The translations under genes were made by a program, and so were the position numbers. A stretch of DNA of 62,626 bases, filler included, from Klebsormidium nitens (taxonomy: Eukaryota; Plantae; Klebsormidiophyceae): NCBI GenBank assembly GCA_000708835.1. It is 8 parts of 8 records of this genome, joined end to end, with 100 filler letters (N's around TTAATTAATTAA, not from the genome) between each part and the next. Parts side by side here need not be neighbours in the genome. Positions count along the whole stretch, not along the records: positions 1 to 29,277 come from DF237796.1; positions 29,378 to 40,054 come from DF238163.1; 6 more parts are not named here. One strand, written 5' to 3'. The notes under the pieces are model-generated. The model made no database searches. It was not told the DNA's origin and saw only the letters and a program-made list of their open reading frames with translations. Below, one piece after another: positions 22,312-35,530 of the stretch (positions within the stretch are counted from its first letter, which is position 1; every line of letters starts with the position of its first letter).

Positions 22312-25300
22312 ATGGCGGCCATCAGCACCAGCTGTACCGGTGGCACAATCATCTGGGGAAGGTCCTTTAAGAGAGAGTTGAGCCGTGGGTATAGGTCCCA
22401 ACGTTCAGCTGGACACCGTAGCATAACGTGTTCAAGCAATCCCGCACGAAGGGATGTCACTTTCCATGATCGGGTCCGCGAAATGCGCATGGCAGAAGAA
22501 TTCCTGCACGATGACCCAAGTGAAATATTGGTTGTGCTTGGTCCGAAAAGCTCAGGCAAATCTGCATTTTTCGAAAAGTACAAGTTGAAAGCGGAAGCTG
22601 AAAAGCGTCAGTCGTTTCTGGCAGTAGATTGCCGCGGGGTCAACTTACAGAGCCCTCAAGACTTGGGCCGGGAACTCGGCATGGAGTCTGGCAGGCTTCT
22701 GAATGCGCTCCCAGTGAATCTGAGAAAGTTTGTCCTAGAAGCATGGCCAGTGTTGCAGCAGCTCAAATTTTCTGAAAAGATTGCTGATTTCACTGTGGCC
22801 CTCCCGGAGCTGAAATCCCTGCTTCAAAAGGACATCAAGAGCGTCGGTGAAGTAATTAGATACTTGAACACGGTCCTCACTGCAATTGACGAAGAGCAGG
22901 CAGCAGTGGCAAAAACGGGCGGCCTTGTCAAATTTCCCCCAGTCATTCTCATCGATGAGGCCAACAAGTTAGCAACCTGGGGCGACGAAGGCCAAAAAGA
23001 TTTACAGGCGCTCCTGGATTGGCTCTTGTTTGTCTCCAAACAAAAGGGCCAAGCGCATGCTGTCCTGGTGACCTCAGAGTATGCCTTCAGCGACTGGCTG
23101 TCCCAGAGTAAGTAAACTCAAGCTACCAAACAAGCATACCATCAGGTTTGGAAGTTTTCTCAAAATGTGACTGCGTATTGACAGGGGAAAAGTGGAAAAT
23201 ACAAGCTGCAGAAGGGTTGGCCTCAGTGGGTGTCAAGCTGTATTGTTCCTACCCTGCTTTGTCATTCTAATTTGCAGCTAGGGAACCTGAGGTTGTCTTT
23301 GGCTGACCACCTCCATAGATTGCACTTTTAAAAGCAAGGCAATGCTTTACTTCTACAGGGATCCCTGCAGAGTTTGTGAGAGTCGCGGTCATTGGAAATT
23401 TCGAGGAGGGAGATGCGAGGTCCTTCTTTGAGAAAGAAGTTGGGACTCCAGTGGCCGATGCTGAGTGGGACATGTGCCACAAGGTGAACTTGACTGCTCT
23501 TGCTTGTCGATACGGGCCCTAGGCAGTGCCTCTTGCTTGTTGAAGTGCGTGGAGTACCTCAAGAAGCCTCTCTTTAAACTCCAGGCATCCGGCTAGTTCC
23601 TGCACTTTTCGCAGTCATGGGCCCGCTTGAATGAGGGGCTGCTGTATACCCTTCCTTTTATGTTTATTGTATGGTGTTCCCCCCTACTTTATAATTTTGG
23701 TGCTCCATGCAGTTTGAAAGGAACAATTCTATCTTGAACACTTCTGTGAACCAACTTAATCAATGTCAATTTTTTCCTTGCCAGCTCCTCGACGGAAACG
23801 CAGGGTTTCTCAAACGGTGTGCGGGTCCGTTCAGGAGGAAACAAGACATGTCAGCAGGTAAGGGCACCATGTGTATTGGTAAGGAAAGGCGACTATCTGT
23901 GTCAGTTGAGAGACCACTTGGCTTTTACCCCTGGGAAGGGGCACTTAGGATGTTTCTGTGAAGGGGTTCTTCATATGCTTTTATTGAGAAGGGCACTTTA
24001 AGTTTGAGTACTTCTGGGAGGTTTCCAGCCAGCTGCGAATGTGTGTGGAAGGGGAGAGAGTTTGCCCCTATGTTCGTGAATGTTCATATGGGCAACAGAG
24101 GAAGTATGCAGCACCCAGTTGCCTTTCAATCCTTAGTGGTCTTGAAGAGTGATCTGTGGCTGTGTAAAAAAAGCCGCCGTATTTACAGTGCACCGAGGTA
24201 GGAGGAAAAGTGAACACAACTGTCAATCATATGTAAGCCGCCGTGATTGCTGTTCCTCCTGCTCGGTGCACAGCTCAACAGACATGTCAGAATGTACCGC
24301 CAGACTTTTGCCCATGTCCACTTAACCTTGTCAGACAAGTGCATGGAGTCAGCTCCTGTTCACACCACTACTGCCTGACTTTAGCTTGTTGAACAAGTTG
24401 CGTTGGATTATGATCTTCTGATGGCAGGGCTGCATCAGTGACTAGGTCCTCTTAGGTGTTTGTTTGTAATGGAAATACTTTGCTGGCAAGGGCAGTGGTA
24501 CATAGGAGCCGTTATGCAGGCAGTAGTCCACATCAACTAGTAGTCCATATCAACTAATGTATACCTGATTGCTAGTAAGGATGCTCCTTCCTGACCTGTG
24601 CGTCCACCACTTGTTTGCAGCGCTTGATGACATCGTGCAGCCGATCAAGTCCGCTGTGCGAAGCTCCGTCAATCCCGTCAAGGCTGTGGGATACACGTCA
24701 GCAGCATTCTTGACGGTGGCACGCGCCGTGTTGGCTGCTGACGAGAACCGGGTCCCAACGGCAGAGATTCTGATGCTGCTCAAAGCGCTGGACACGGCAA
24801 CGAATGAGAATGCCACCCTGCGGGCGCTGGTTCAGTGCAACGTGGTGACTGTGCGCCCCGTCTCGGAGTGGGCCTTTGACATCCCGCGCAGTTCATTTGG
24901 CGACTGGGAGGAGTTGGTGATGGCCCCCTCCGCTGTCCATCTCTGCGCTTGGAAGATGGTCCTGCCGCCATTGATACAGGTTCGTCTCATCAACCATCGC
25001 AGGAAGTCGAGAGCATTCTGCGTGACTTCTTTGGGAGATGAAAGTGGCAGCAGTAGTACGTATGGTAGCGCTTGGTAGCGCTTAGGTGGAGGACAGGATG
25101 AATATCGACAGCAACCTGTGGGTTACACACTGTTACAATGTCGTCAGTGCCTTATGTGGAGCCTTAAACCTCAAACACTCTACTGGCTCAGAACAAAACG
25201 AGAACTCTGTGGTCGTGTGCTGGACTTGGTTATGTGGTTCTGACACCTCGCTGTGAAGAAACATGAAGTTGCTAGATTATGACAGGGGGGCCGTCGATTA

Positions 25301-25606
25301 AAGCAGTGATTACATGCGACAGGTCTTCCTTTTGACAGCCAGCTTTTGTCTGGCCACTTGTCGAGCTCAGCATGCTCAAAAAACAACCTCAAAACAATAG
25401 CTGCCTGTGCCCTCTTGCTTTTTCATCTTGCTTTTCATCTTGCTTTCTTACGCCATGTGTTATGTTTCCTTCCACAGGCTTGGGAAGCAGAGGAGGCCGC
25501 AGCGAAGAAGGCCACAGCTTCAGCTGGAGCGTGGGCGCTTCTTGCCCGAGCGTTCAATGCACGAAAGATGAGCGACAAGGACGACTCAAGTGGAGCGGCC
25601 AAATGA
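22312..25606 (+). CDS. P-loop ATPase (archaeal-ATPase/AAA-like) with transit-peptide-like N-terminus; join(22312..23107,23359..23483,23785..23857,24621..24979,25478..25606), 493 aa
   Basis: Walker A GPKSSGKS, Walker B VILIDEAN, then VLVTSE and a DGNAG motif. All junctions are GT-AG with consistent phases (1482 nt). Ser/Arg/Thr-rich N-terminus. Confidence 0.88.
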
Positions 25607-27544
25607 GCCGAGCTAGTGCTGCCTACTTGCCCACATGAGCAGGTGAACAGTCTGATACCCTTCGCTCATTCGTTCAGTCATTCGTATGCATCGTGCGCTC
25701 GGTGTCCAGTACTCTGTGGGACCTTGGTTAGGTTAGGGCCGCCTTTAAATTGAGCGCGGGAATGTCTTTAGCATAGGGTCAAAGCATTTCTCGTTTGTGA
25801 AAGCTTCGCTCAACAGTTGCTCGACAGCCTGTGCATGACGAGAAGGGTACCGAGGAGTGAACTTGCTTTGAGTAAAAAGGGGTAAGGCGCACTATACATG
25901 AAAGACTAGAGTTCGCTTTGGCCCCAAAGGGTGTGCTCATTTTGAGCACCCCGACCCTAGTGGCTCGCTGCAATTTCGTGCAGGGGCCCCAAGGCACCAG
26001 GGCGGTCTCTAAATTACTGTGTGCTACATCCAACGGCTGTGCGCGCGTGGCAATCAGACACATGTCCTTGAGTCGACAGTCCATTCTTGCCATTGGCAGA
26101 CTCCCATAACCAAACGCCAAACCTGATTCAAGTTTTGAAATATCTTGTGCAGCATGAGGGCAGTGGATGGTGGCATTAGTTAGGATGCTCCTTCAAAATA
26201 GGAGCCTGCGGGGGTCAATCAACGGGCATATTAAGCAAGACTACGAGCTTGAAAACAGAGCCTACAAACCCCAACAAGCACCAGGGATTTTGTGCGAAGT
26301 AGTAGCTCGATAGAGGGTTGCAAAATGCTGATTCGGAGAATCATGGGCATGCGCTTTAGGACGTTTCAAAAAAGCCAACTAGGAGCGCACGTCTATGTAT
26401 GTAGAATGTAGCGTCAAACTGCCGGATTGGCCTCCATGCTAAAGTTACTACTGGGGGTCTTGATCAAGTCCAGTGATTCACTTTAGAAAACCAATAAAAG
26501 AAACGGTTTTTTGCTCTTGAGAAACACATCATAGTTACCAACTTAGCATGAGGACTCTTGTTGCGTACTCTTTTGCAAAACCGTCAGTTCGACAATATGC
26601 CCATTGGTGTCACCTTAGTGATTTAGTTGGAGATATACTGCATGATGCAAGTGTATATAAAAATTTGAAGCGAGCAATCGCTATCGCCATATAGCGAGCT
26701 AGGTCCTCGAGGGAATGCGATAATTGAATCTCTGATGACCGCATATTTCAGTGCCAATCGGGTTCCTGCGTGCATGTTCGAATTGCACAATCATTGTCCG
26801 ATCATCTTGCAATATACATCGGGCACCAGCATTTTTTATTTGCAAAAGTCTCGGAGCATCCATGCGCTTTCTAAATATTTGTTCCGGTCACGTCAGGCAT
26901 GCACTTGATCTTAAAAGGCGTTTACGTTGATGTATAAAGCGGTTCTGTGCTGCACTTAAAAGACCACAGGGTCACTAGGCCCACCGGCTAGTGAAAGTCA
27001 AGCCCACTCTCACTTAACCCATGACCTGTACCCTAATGGTACCGGAGTTATACTAACCGGGACAGCTGTCACTACGTATAGCTTTCCAGTAGGAGAAGCT
27101 ATTGATTGAACTAGGTAACCCAGAATAGCAGGTTGCCTAAAGGAACCAAGTTAGGGTAGAATGCGGGCCGTCGTCGGCGGCAGCGAGGACTTCCGAGCTC
27201 TGGTCTTCGAGGGTCTTGGGGCTGCGTTGATGCTGGGAATGAGGATTTAGATTCGGATTGTTGGAATGTATGGGCCCGCAATACCGCAAGCCCTGCTGCA
27301 CAGGCAGCTTCTGTCGGGACAGTCCGACCACAAAGGCCCCATATGCGATCACGTATACCGTAAGAACTTCGCGATTTTCGTTGTGCCTCACATGGTGCAA
27401 AATGGGCAGCGAATTCTGGGTAGTCGGGGCCGCGAAAGCGAGGTGTGCGCCCGGTGTGCGTCCACGCACCTACCGGTATATGAAGGAAAGCCGATTACGA
27501 GTGCCACTGAATGGGTCACGCCGAGGAGCAGAGCGGGTCAGACA

Positions 27545-27618
27545 GAACCCTTAGCCATCTATTAAGGCCACCGGCTTGGACGGCCGGGGGGACACGTGGC
27601 GGCACGGGAGTGGGCAGT
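27545..27618 (+). promoter_or_regulatory. G-box-containing upstream module, copy 2
   Basis: Homologous to 22163-22216; GGAGCAGAGCGGGTC is also shared (21906 and 27525). Confidence 0.45.
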
Positions 27619-28111
27619 TCCGGATTCCAGATGGTTAGTTGGGGCCAACCATCTGAAGAATGGCATAAAAGGGACGGCCCAGATATCCCTCGGGAAGGAT
27701 CGACGGCGATCGGAGCTTTGAGGCAATTTAGCGGCATATTTAGCGGGAGTTTGGATTCAGGTACCGTAGAGGATTTTCCATTACCGACCCCCTCGGGACT
27801 GACCTATGTCACACCGTTTACTTTAGACGCCCCGGCGCTGATCCGGCACGTGTAAGGGACCATAGATATGATAATACGTATACTCGCGACGCACTTTTCA
27901 TCATACGTAATCGCACCCTGAGCCTATACGTGGCGCAATTTATGTTTAGTCCCAAACCTCCGTGACTCTTACGCAGCCTTCATGGTCCAGCGCTGTCTAT
28001 ATAAGGCCGATACGGGTCCCGAACCGTTATCATTTCCACATCAGCCATAAGCGAAGATTACTTTCAACCGGCCGCTAGCTTTGAGCCAAGTCCCGGCCCT
28101 GCTCAGGTAGC

Positions 28112-29277
28112 ATGACAGGGGTAGGATCATGCAACCAGACCAAGTTTTGTCCGACCTCATGGAAACAGGTCTCCACCGGGAAGTTCATTATTGACCCTAG
28201 GCTGCTTACAGCTGACTCCACCGCCTTCAAATGTGCAATATGCAAGCAGTCTCTACTCTCTTCTAAAAACGGAGTCTGCCGGATCTCATTCCGGAAATCT
28301 CAGCAAGCAGGTCGCAGCGGATTCGTCATCTCCGGCAAAATGAAAGGCAGCGGCAAGAGCCAGCCAGTGTGCATCGCTTGCATTGAGCGCTGGGTGGGGA
28401 GGGTCTTGGTTACAAAGACCAGCATCAGTGTCGCGCCAGCTGGATGGGTGGGTCCAGCAGAGGTTTGGTTCTCGCGTACAGATTCGACCGACTCATGGTG
28501 CCAGCAGAGAGTGTTGCTTGGAGAAGAGGTCATTCGGCTGCAAATGATGAATGCCAAGAGCATGGAGTCAGCTGGCGGTAAGCGGATCAAGTCTGCAGCC
28601 GAAGCTGCTTTGAACAGGGGGCGTCAGGCTGGACAGATCCCACGAACCCCACACCCGGTAAGTGCTTTTTGCAGACCTTTTTGTTGCTGGTCAAGGATTT
28701 GCAAGAGATAGAGTCTCATCGTTTCAAGCAATCAGCAGCGCCGTCCGGATCTCTAGATTAACCAGCCTAGCAAAGTCTAAAACTCCTATGGGCCGCATTC
28801 ATTTAGCTCCTCGAAGAATGTAAGTGTCTGATCTACGTTCTTGCCTCTTGCAGGCCCAATGCAACGTCGAAGAAGCCCGAGATGCGGGCGGGCAGCTCAC
28901 GCTTGTGGCTCAAGCTGGTCGGTTCCTGGCCAACCTTATGAGTGGCAATTGCGCAGTCTACAGCATTGACGAGGAGGGCTCCAGCAGCTATGTGTTTCTG
29001 ATGACCGCAACGCTGCGAGGCCAAAGCCTCTGGGGCGACCCACCAAGAGCAACGCCTTGCTGGAGACGGTATACTGGGACACAATGGGGAACCCGAGTTG
29101 CACGTGCAACCGTGGACGTTTGAGCTTTGGCGCAGCATGCGTTCACGTGACTGGTATTGGAAGCGCTCCAGGAACGTCGGCAATCAAGCCACCGGTCATT
29201 TCAGAAGGGGCAACGGGTGGTGGAGGCGCCGTGCAGTGGCGTGGGGCAGAGAGTGTTCGGAGTGTACTGGAACGCGA
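28112..29277 (+). pseudogene. 5' part of a RING-like/SWIM zinc-finger gene, probably a KDZ- or MULE-type transposase; frameshifted and truncated by a spacer
   Basis: Exon 28112..28657 has CAIC...CIAC. Intron 28658-28853. SWIM-like CTCNRGRLSFGAACVH follows a frameshift near 29040. Confidence 0.6.
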
Positions 29278-29377
29278 NNNNNNNNNNNNNNNNNNNNNNN
29301 NNNNNNNNNNNNNNNNNNNNNTTAATTAATTAANNNNNNNNNNNNNNNNNNNNNNNNNNNNNNNNNNNNNNNNNNNN
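29278..29377. other. Artificial contig spacer; also at 40055-40154, 45200-45299, 47399-47498, 49945-50044, 56217-56316 and 58411-58510
   Basis: Each is exactly 44 N + TTAATTAATTAA + 44 N, with stops in all six frames. Confidence 0.98.
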
Positions 29378-31851
29378 AGGGATTGACTTCGAAGAGGTCT
29401 ACGCCCCGGTGAGCAAGCACACAACGTTGCGTGCACTGCTGGCGGTGGTTGCGGAGCGTGACTTGGAGCTGCATCAGCTGCACGTCAAAACGGCGTTCCT
29501 TAACGGGGAGCTAGAGGAGGAGATCTACATGCAACAGCCGCCGAGATACGAGCAAGGTGGGCCGGAGATGGTCTGCCGCCTCAAGCGCCTTGTACGGGTT
29601 GCGTCAGGCGCCGCGTGCGTGGCACATACGTCTGAAGGAGGAGCTCGGGAACTTCGAGTTCGTGGCGTCCATGGCGGACGCAGCGCTTTTCAATTTTTGC
29701 CTTCTGGTTGTTGCAGTAGATCTGGACCGTTCCGAGGTCCAACTCGAGATCTTCACGAGCTCGCGGAACTACAGCGCCTCCTTCACCGCTTGCGCTGTGG
29801 TCATGTACTCCGCTTCTACTGTCGAGGCCGCCACCGTTGGCTGCAGCCTGCTCGACCAGCTCACCGCCCTTCCTTACATCACGAATCAGGAAGACGCACC
29901 CCGTTCTAGAGTGCCTCGTGTCCACGTTTCTTGCGTAATCCGCGTCACAATGCCAACGAGAGCCTCCTCGCTCCCCCCGAAGGTTATTCCGTCCTTCCGC
30001 CGTCCCCGCCGGATAGCGCACAACCCGAGCGGCGCCCACCAGTGCGCCTCCGTTGGCCCCGCCATGTAGCGCGCAAGCGCGCCCACCGCCTGTACTATGT
30101 TCGGCCTTGTGCACACACAGGGTTGGGTGTAGCAGACCTCCCACACACTTGCTGTATGGAAACCGCTTCTTGTCGAGGGGCTCACCCTCTCTCGTTAACT
30201 TGTCCCTCGGTCCAAGAGGAATGCTACGCGCTCGCGCGTTTGTTACTACTGTAACGTCCGACCAGCCCCCCCGTTAGCCTCTTCTCGTCAACTCTAGGGT
30301 GCCCGCCTTCGTGTCGCGCGTCAGCTCCATTCTGAAGAAGCACGTTGCCTTGTCCAAATCGCGCACGTCAAATTTCTTCGCCATTGCTTCTTCATCTTCG
30401 CAATGCGCTCCGCTCCACAGGCCGCCACAAGGATGTCGTCCACCCACACCACAAGGTGGACCGGCTTCCCGGCTACGATCCTGGTGAAAAGTGCTGCGTC
30501 CGCCATGGACGCCACGAACTCGAAGTTCTTGAGCTCCTCCTTTAGGCGCATGTGCCACGCACGTAGCGACTGGCGCAACCCGTACAAGGTGCGCTTGAGG
30601 CGGCATACCATCTCCGGCCCACCTTGCTCGTATCCTTGCGGCTGCTGCAAGCGACTCCTCCAGCTCCCCGGTGAGGAAGGCCGTTCTGACGTTCAGCTGA
30701 TGCAGCTTCAAGTCATGCAACGTCGTGTGCTCGCTCACCGGAGCGTAGACCTCGTCGAAGTCAGTCCCCGGATTCTGCAAGGAGCCCTTTGCCACCAGCG
30801 GGGGACTTATACCGCTCCAAATAACCGTGAGCGTCCCGCTTAATCTGGTAAGCCCACTTCATGGGACCGGCTTGACCCTTTCCGGTTTTTCGACAATCTT
30901 CCACGTCCCAGTGTCCAACAGGGAACGCATCTTGTCGTCCATCATGGACTTCCGCCAGAGGTCTCTCTTTTCTCCCCCTACGGCTTCCTGATAGTTCTCC
31001 GTTTCTGGGTGCTCCCACGTTCCTTGAGGTGCTCCCCGCTTCCGCATCCGCCGCCAAATGGGCGTGGTACAACTCTCCAGGCGCGTGTCTCTCATGCGTG
31101 AGGTTCCTTTTAGCAGCCAGTGTTGGCATCCCTACTTCCTCCGCAATCTCTTCCGGCTCTCCTCCGCTCTCTCGCAATAATTCCGAAACTTGCCCAATGT
31201 TGGTCGGTTCTAGAAATCGTGTGTGCTACGCGGCTGCGGTCCATCGCGGGCGCGTGCGCGTGTACACGCACGGGCGCGGGCGCTGTATCGCGCTCGCCTG
31301 CCGCCTCCGAGCAACCCTCTGTGGGGTCGGAACTCAGCTTAACAACTTACGGTGTGCCCCTCGCCCTCGTCAAAATTGACGTGTGGTGCGCCTTTTTACA
31401 AACAAGCTAAAATGAGGGCAAGTTTACAACTGTGCGCAAAGACAGAACGGAGCCGGAGAAGATCGAGGAGGATACCAGGATGCACCACCGGTTGCCCACA
31501 GGTACCCAGCGCGTGAAGAACGCGCTCCGGAGGAGTAGTACAATGCTAATTTAGCGACGGAACCTGAGGCGGGGGAGAACGTCAAAGGGACGGGGGAAGA
31601 CCTTGGACTGTAGACCTATCAGAAAGCCGTAGGGCGAGAGGAGAGTGAAGTATGGCGGAAGTCAATGGACAAGGAGATGCGGTCTTGCTAGAGAACGGGG
31701 CCTGGGAGCTCGTCGAAAAAACCAGGAGTGGTGAAGCCGGTTCCCATGGATTTACAAGATTACCTACCTAAGCGAAACGCTCTCAGAATGTGGAGCAGTA
31801 CAAGTCCCGGCTGGTGGCGAAAAGGTACCTGCAAAAGAAGGGATTTGACTT
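29378..31851. mobile_element. Jumbled Ty1/copia RT and RNase H fragments in both orientations
   Basis: IDFEEVYAPV...LHVKTAFLNGELEEEIYMQQP on + (29378-29690); RNase H-region pieces on - (about 29691-30240); RT on - (about 30270-31000); RT start on + (about 31600-31851). Many frameshifts. Confidence 0.9.
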
Positions 31852-32306
31852 TGTTAGAATTCGGTGATTATGGTCAGTCGAATTACTGAAATTACGGTTT
31901 GGACCGACTTAGGGTTTCGACTCAGTGCACATGACGTACGTGCAGGGAAGTTAGGCGGTTGAGAGGACCGTCAATATGAGCCGCAGATGAGTAATATACG
32001 GCACAGCTAGAGTGTGAGTGTGATCTGGGCTAGTGAGCCTAGTAGTGTGTTACTTAGGCTAGTGAGCCTCATAGGCTAGTAGCCTAGTGGAAGGAGAGAA
32101 CCGTGAGACAATGGTAAGGAGAAACACTATTGTCCTAAACCATTTTAAGAAAGGTTTGTGGAGCGAAGGAAGCTGCTTATGAGGCGTTTCGTGTGTTCCT
32201 CTTAGGATGCATGGTTGCCGTCAATGCGTGACGAGCATGAGTGCCGGGAACTACGATAAGACCCGATGACGAGCGAAACCTACACAAAGTCAGCCCAATC
32301 TCAAAA
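31852..32306 (+). mobile_element. Solo LTR (family C, TGTTAG...) inserted in copia RT
   Basis: 5-bp TSD GACTT at 31847-31851 and 32307-32311; RT resumes across it (GIDF|EEIY); ends TCTCAAAA (degenerate CA). Confidence 0.85.
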
Positions 32307-33539
32307 GACTTTGAGGAAATCTACGTCCCGGTGAGCAAGCACACGACTTTGGGTGAGCTATTGGCGGTGGTCGAGAGCGAAACTTGGAGCTGCATCAGCT
32401 GGACGTCAAGACGGCGCTTCTCAATAGAGAGGTGAAGGGGAAGATGTACATGCAATAGCCGCAGGGATACGAGCAAGGCGGGCCCAACATGGTCTTCCAC
32501 CTCAAGGGCACCTTGTATAGGTTGCGCCAAGTGCCGCGTGCGTGGCACATAAGCATGAAGGAGGAGCTCGGGATTTTGAGTTTGTGGCGTCAATAGCGGA
32601 CGCGGCACTCTTCACGTCACTAATAGCTAGAGACCGGATCTACCTAGTGGTTTGGGTGGACAACATTCTGATGGCGGACCGCCTTGCAAAGGTGAAGGCG
32701 CTTTTAAGGCAGAAGTTCGACGTGCGCAACTCGGGGGAGGCGAAATACTTCCTCGGCATGGAGCCGACGTGCAACAAGGAGGCGCGCACTAAGCTAAAGC
32801 AAAAGAACTCGACAGGAGAGCTAGTCCGACGGTACGGACTAGGGAGCCCTCGAGTGCGCAGCGTCACTCTCGGAAGGGGGGCCAATTGACGAAAGAGGGT
32901 GAACCTCTCGACACAAAGCGGAATCCCTGCAGTCAGTATATGGAAAGCCTGTTGAACTTTTGTGTGTGCACCAGATCCGACATTGCACAGGCAGTGGACG
33001 CGCTTGCGCGATTTTTTGTGAGGCCGACGAAGGAGCACTAGCGGGCGGCGCTTGGGGTTGTGCGCTGCCTGGCAGGTACGGCAGAGGACGGGGTAATCTC
33101 TAGGAGAGCGAGAAGACTCTCATCGCTTTTTGCGACATGGATTACGCGGATGAAATGGACATGAAGCGGTCCACAACGGGGTACGTCTTCCTAATGTACG
33201 CGGGGGCGGTGAGCCGGTCGACTAAACTGCAGCCAACGGTGGCGGCCTCGACGGGAGGGGCGAATCATGAGCGCAGCGTAAGGGGCGAAGGAGGCGCTGT
33301 GGTTCCGCAAGCTTAGGGAAGATCTTGAGTTGGATCGTGGGACGGTCCAGATATACTACGACAACCAAGGAGCAATACGGCTCCTCAAGCACCCGATCGC
33401 TTTGCAGCAATCAAAGCACATTGACGTGATTCATCACTTTGCACGGGAGCGTGTGGCACGCAAGGAGGTAGCGTTTGCATACTGCAAGACGGAGGACATG
33501 AAGGCGGACATAATGACGAAGGCGTTATCACCGGATTAG
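32307..33539 (+). mobile_element. Degenerate copia RT-RNase H
   Basis: YLVVWVDNIL, AKYFLGME, IYYDNQGAIRLLKHP...SKHIDVIHHFARE...DMKADIMTKAL. Confidence 0.92.
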
Positions 33540-33769
33540 GTCCAGAAGTAAAAGAGCGAGATAGAAACTGCACTTGTAAGTCATTAGTACCGAGTGCTGA
33601 GATTCGGGAATTTGAAGTGCGCGCGGTCTTTTGGTTACGTCATTAGGAGTTCGACGATAACCGGTATTGAATGCGCACGGGTTACAGCATTACACCCAAA
33701 TGACTAATTGAGATCACCGCCGTAATGAGTCGGTTACAGCCTTGATTATTCGGACTTGCTTATTCGCGG

Positions 33770-33940
33770 TCAACTGAGCCTACTAGGCTATCTGTGGAAA
33801 CCTAGACTAGGATTGTGACTCTACTTGACTTTACTATGAATCGAGCATAGCACACGGACCATATAGCTTTAGCGCCGCTAGACTCCAAACACTCGATATG
33901 TACTGTGTGAACTTGATCATTCGATCATTCATTCCCTCCA
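33770..33940 (-). mobile_element. LTR fragment (family B)
   Basis: CTGAGCCTACTAGGCTA...TGTGTGAACTTGAT shared with 61093-61209 and, inverted, with 39652-39745. Confidence 0.55.
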
Positions 33941-35039
33941 GCCGATTGCTATGATCTTTTCGCCGCAATCACGTGTAAGAGCTCAAGTTCACACAGTACA
34001 TATCAAAAGACAATGCTCACAGGGGATCATTCTAAGGGCAAAAAGCTAGGAAGTATTTTTGAACGGCCGGATAGTATCCAATGTCTGAAAATAAAAGTCG
34101 GTGACCCTCCTCCGAAAAGGCGACAAGCTTATATTGTAGTGCAAGTCGCCGGGGGCCTTAGAAATCTTGTGGAAGCAAAGTGCATTGCATGCCAAAAATC
34201 GATCGAGACTTACGAAACTTCATCATCGATGGTCTGTCCCGTTTGTGGTTGGGCCGCACCAAGGGCACGGGTTAAATTGAAGCAATCGGAGCATAGGAGG
34301 TCAAATACAGAACTCGAAAAAGTCAGCCTCAAACAGCTGGTGACTAGCTAAATATTGAGCTTTTGATCAAGGGTAAGCTGAGCTGCAAGATTGAACACGA
34401 ACATAGTGCGCACGGGGCAGTTATGGTGATTTTCGGCCCGGCGGAACTTTGCCGCAGACCAATATATTTGGGTCGCGCACCGTACCATATTCCGACGAAA
34501 TCGCGAATTTCGGCGGGCGAAACTGCGGGGTCATGTAGGACCTCGGCGAGTACTTCCCCCGAGAAAGTTCCCATATGCCCCCAATAATTTCTACTTTGTG
34601 GCAATGTGCCTTGAAAAAGGGCCTTGACATATCGCATTACAACTGCAAATTTAAGAGACATGTATGTGGGAAAGTTATGCAGCACCTCCATAAGGATGTC
34701 GACAAGACATACGGAGCTTTGTAGAGCCATCTCTTAAGCTTTTGTCATGATGCTGGCGCCATTCTTCATCCATGGTGGCTTGAGGCTTGTCCACCATTCT
34801 TCTTGCTTCTCTGTGGGAAGGTGGTCTCAATCCAGACCTTGACACTCAAACTCTTAGAGGCAAGAGATCGCCAGGTGGGGGTCATTCCGGTAGGCCAAGG
34901 GGGGGGGTCAGCTGCCGCGTTTGGGAAAAACTGAAATGTGCCCCGGGCACTTGCATGTGTCTAGCTGTTAGGTAGAACGTCCGCCCGGTGATTCACAACG
35001 GTCACGCAGAATTTCAAACTTGTTACTTTCAGTCACACG

Positions 35040-35530
35040 TACCTACTGGTAGGTACCAGTACGTGGTACAGTACGCACGGTACCTACCTGGGTACCCATG
35101 CAGGCCACTACCGGCATACAAATCAGCTACGGTACCTACCCTTCTACCTGCATACCTAGGTACATACTACATACTAGCTCCAGTACCGTACCGTGCCTAT
35201 CAATTTAGAAGGTACCGCTACCTTGGTGTACCGCAGGTACCCAGGTAGGCTTTACGTGATAGTCTACCTGGTACCTACCGCCTTGCTGACCCCGGTTGCT
35301 TGGTGCACCTCCAAGTGGCACACACCTAGAATGAAAAGTGCACCTACCAGCCTCCAGGTAGGTAGGTAGCAGCATGCGGCCTATAGGCAGACGGGAGGTT
35401 CTCGACCGGTGTACCGCTACCGCGGTACCGCCTACGGTACTACCTAGGCAGTGCAGGTACCTAGGTAGTACGGGTACCCCTTATCGGCCGCTCCGGCCCG
35501 CCGTAGGTATATACTATACCATACCGTACC
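35040..35530. repeat. GTAC/GGTACC/CTACC-rich low-complexity tract
   Basis: Dense GGTAC, GTACC, CTACC and GTAGG words, similar in composition to 1290-1700. Confidence 0.7.

Noticed and set aside
31905-31920. TTAGGGTTT telomere-like words in family C LTRs
   Set aside because: Isolated single units, not a telomeric array.
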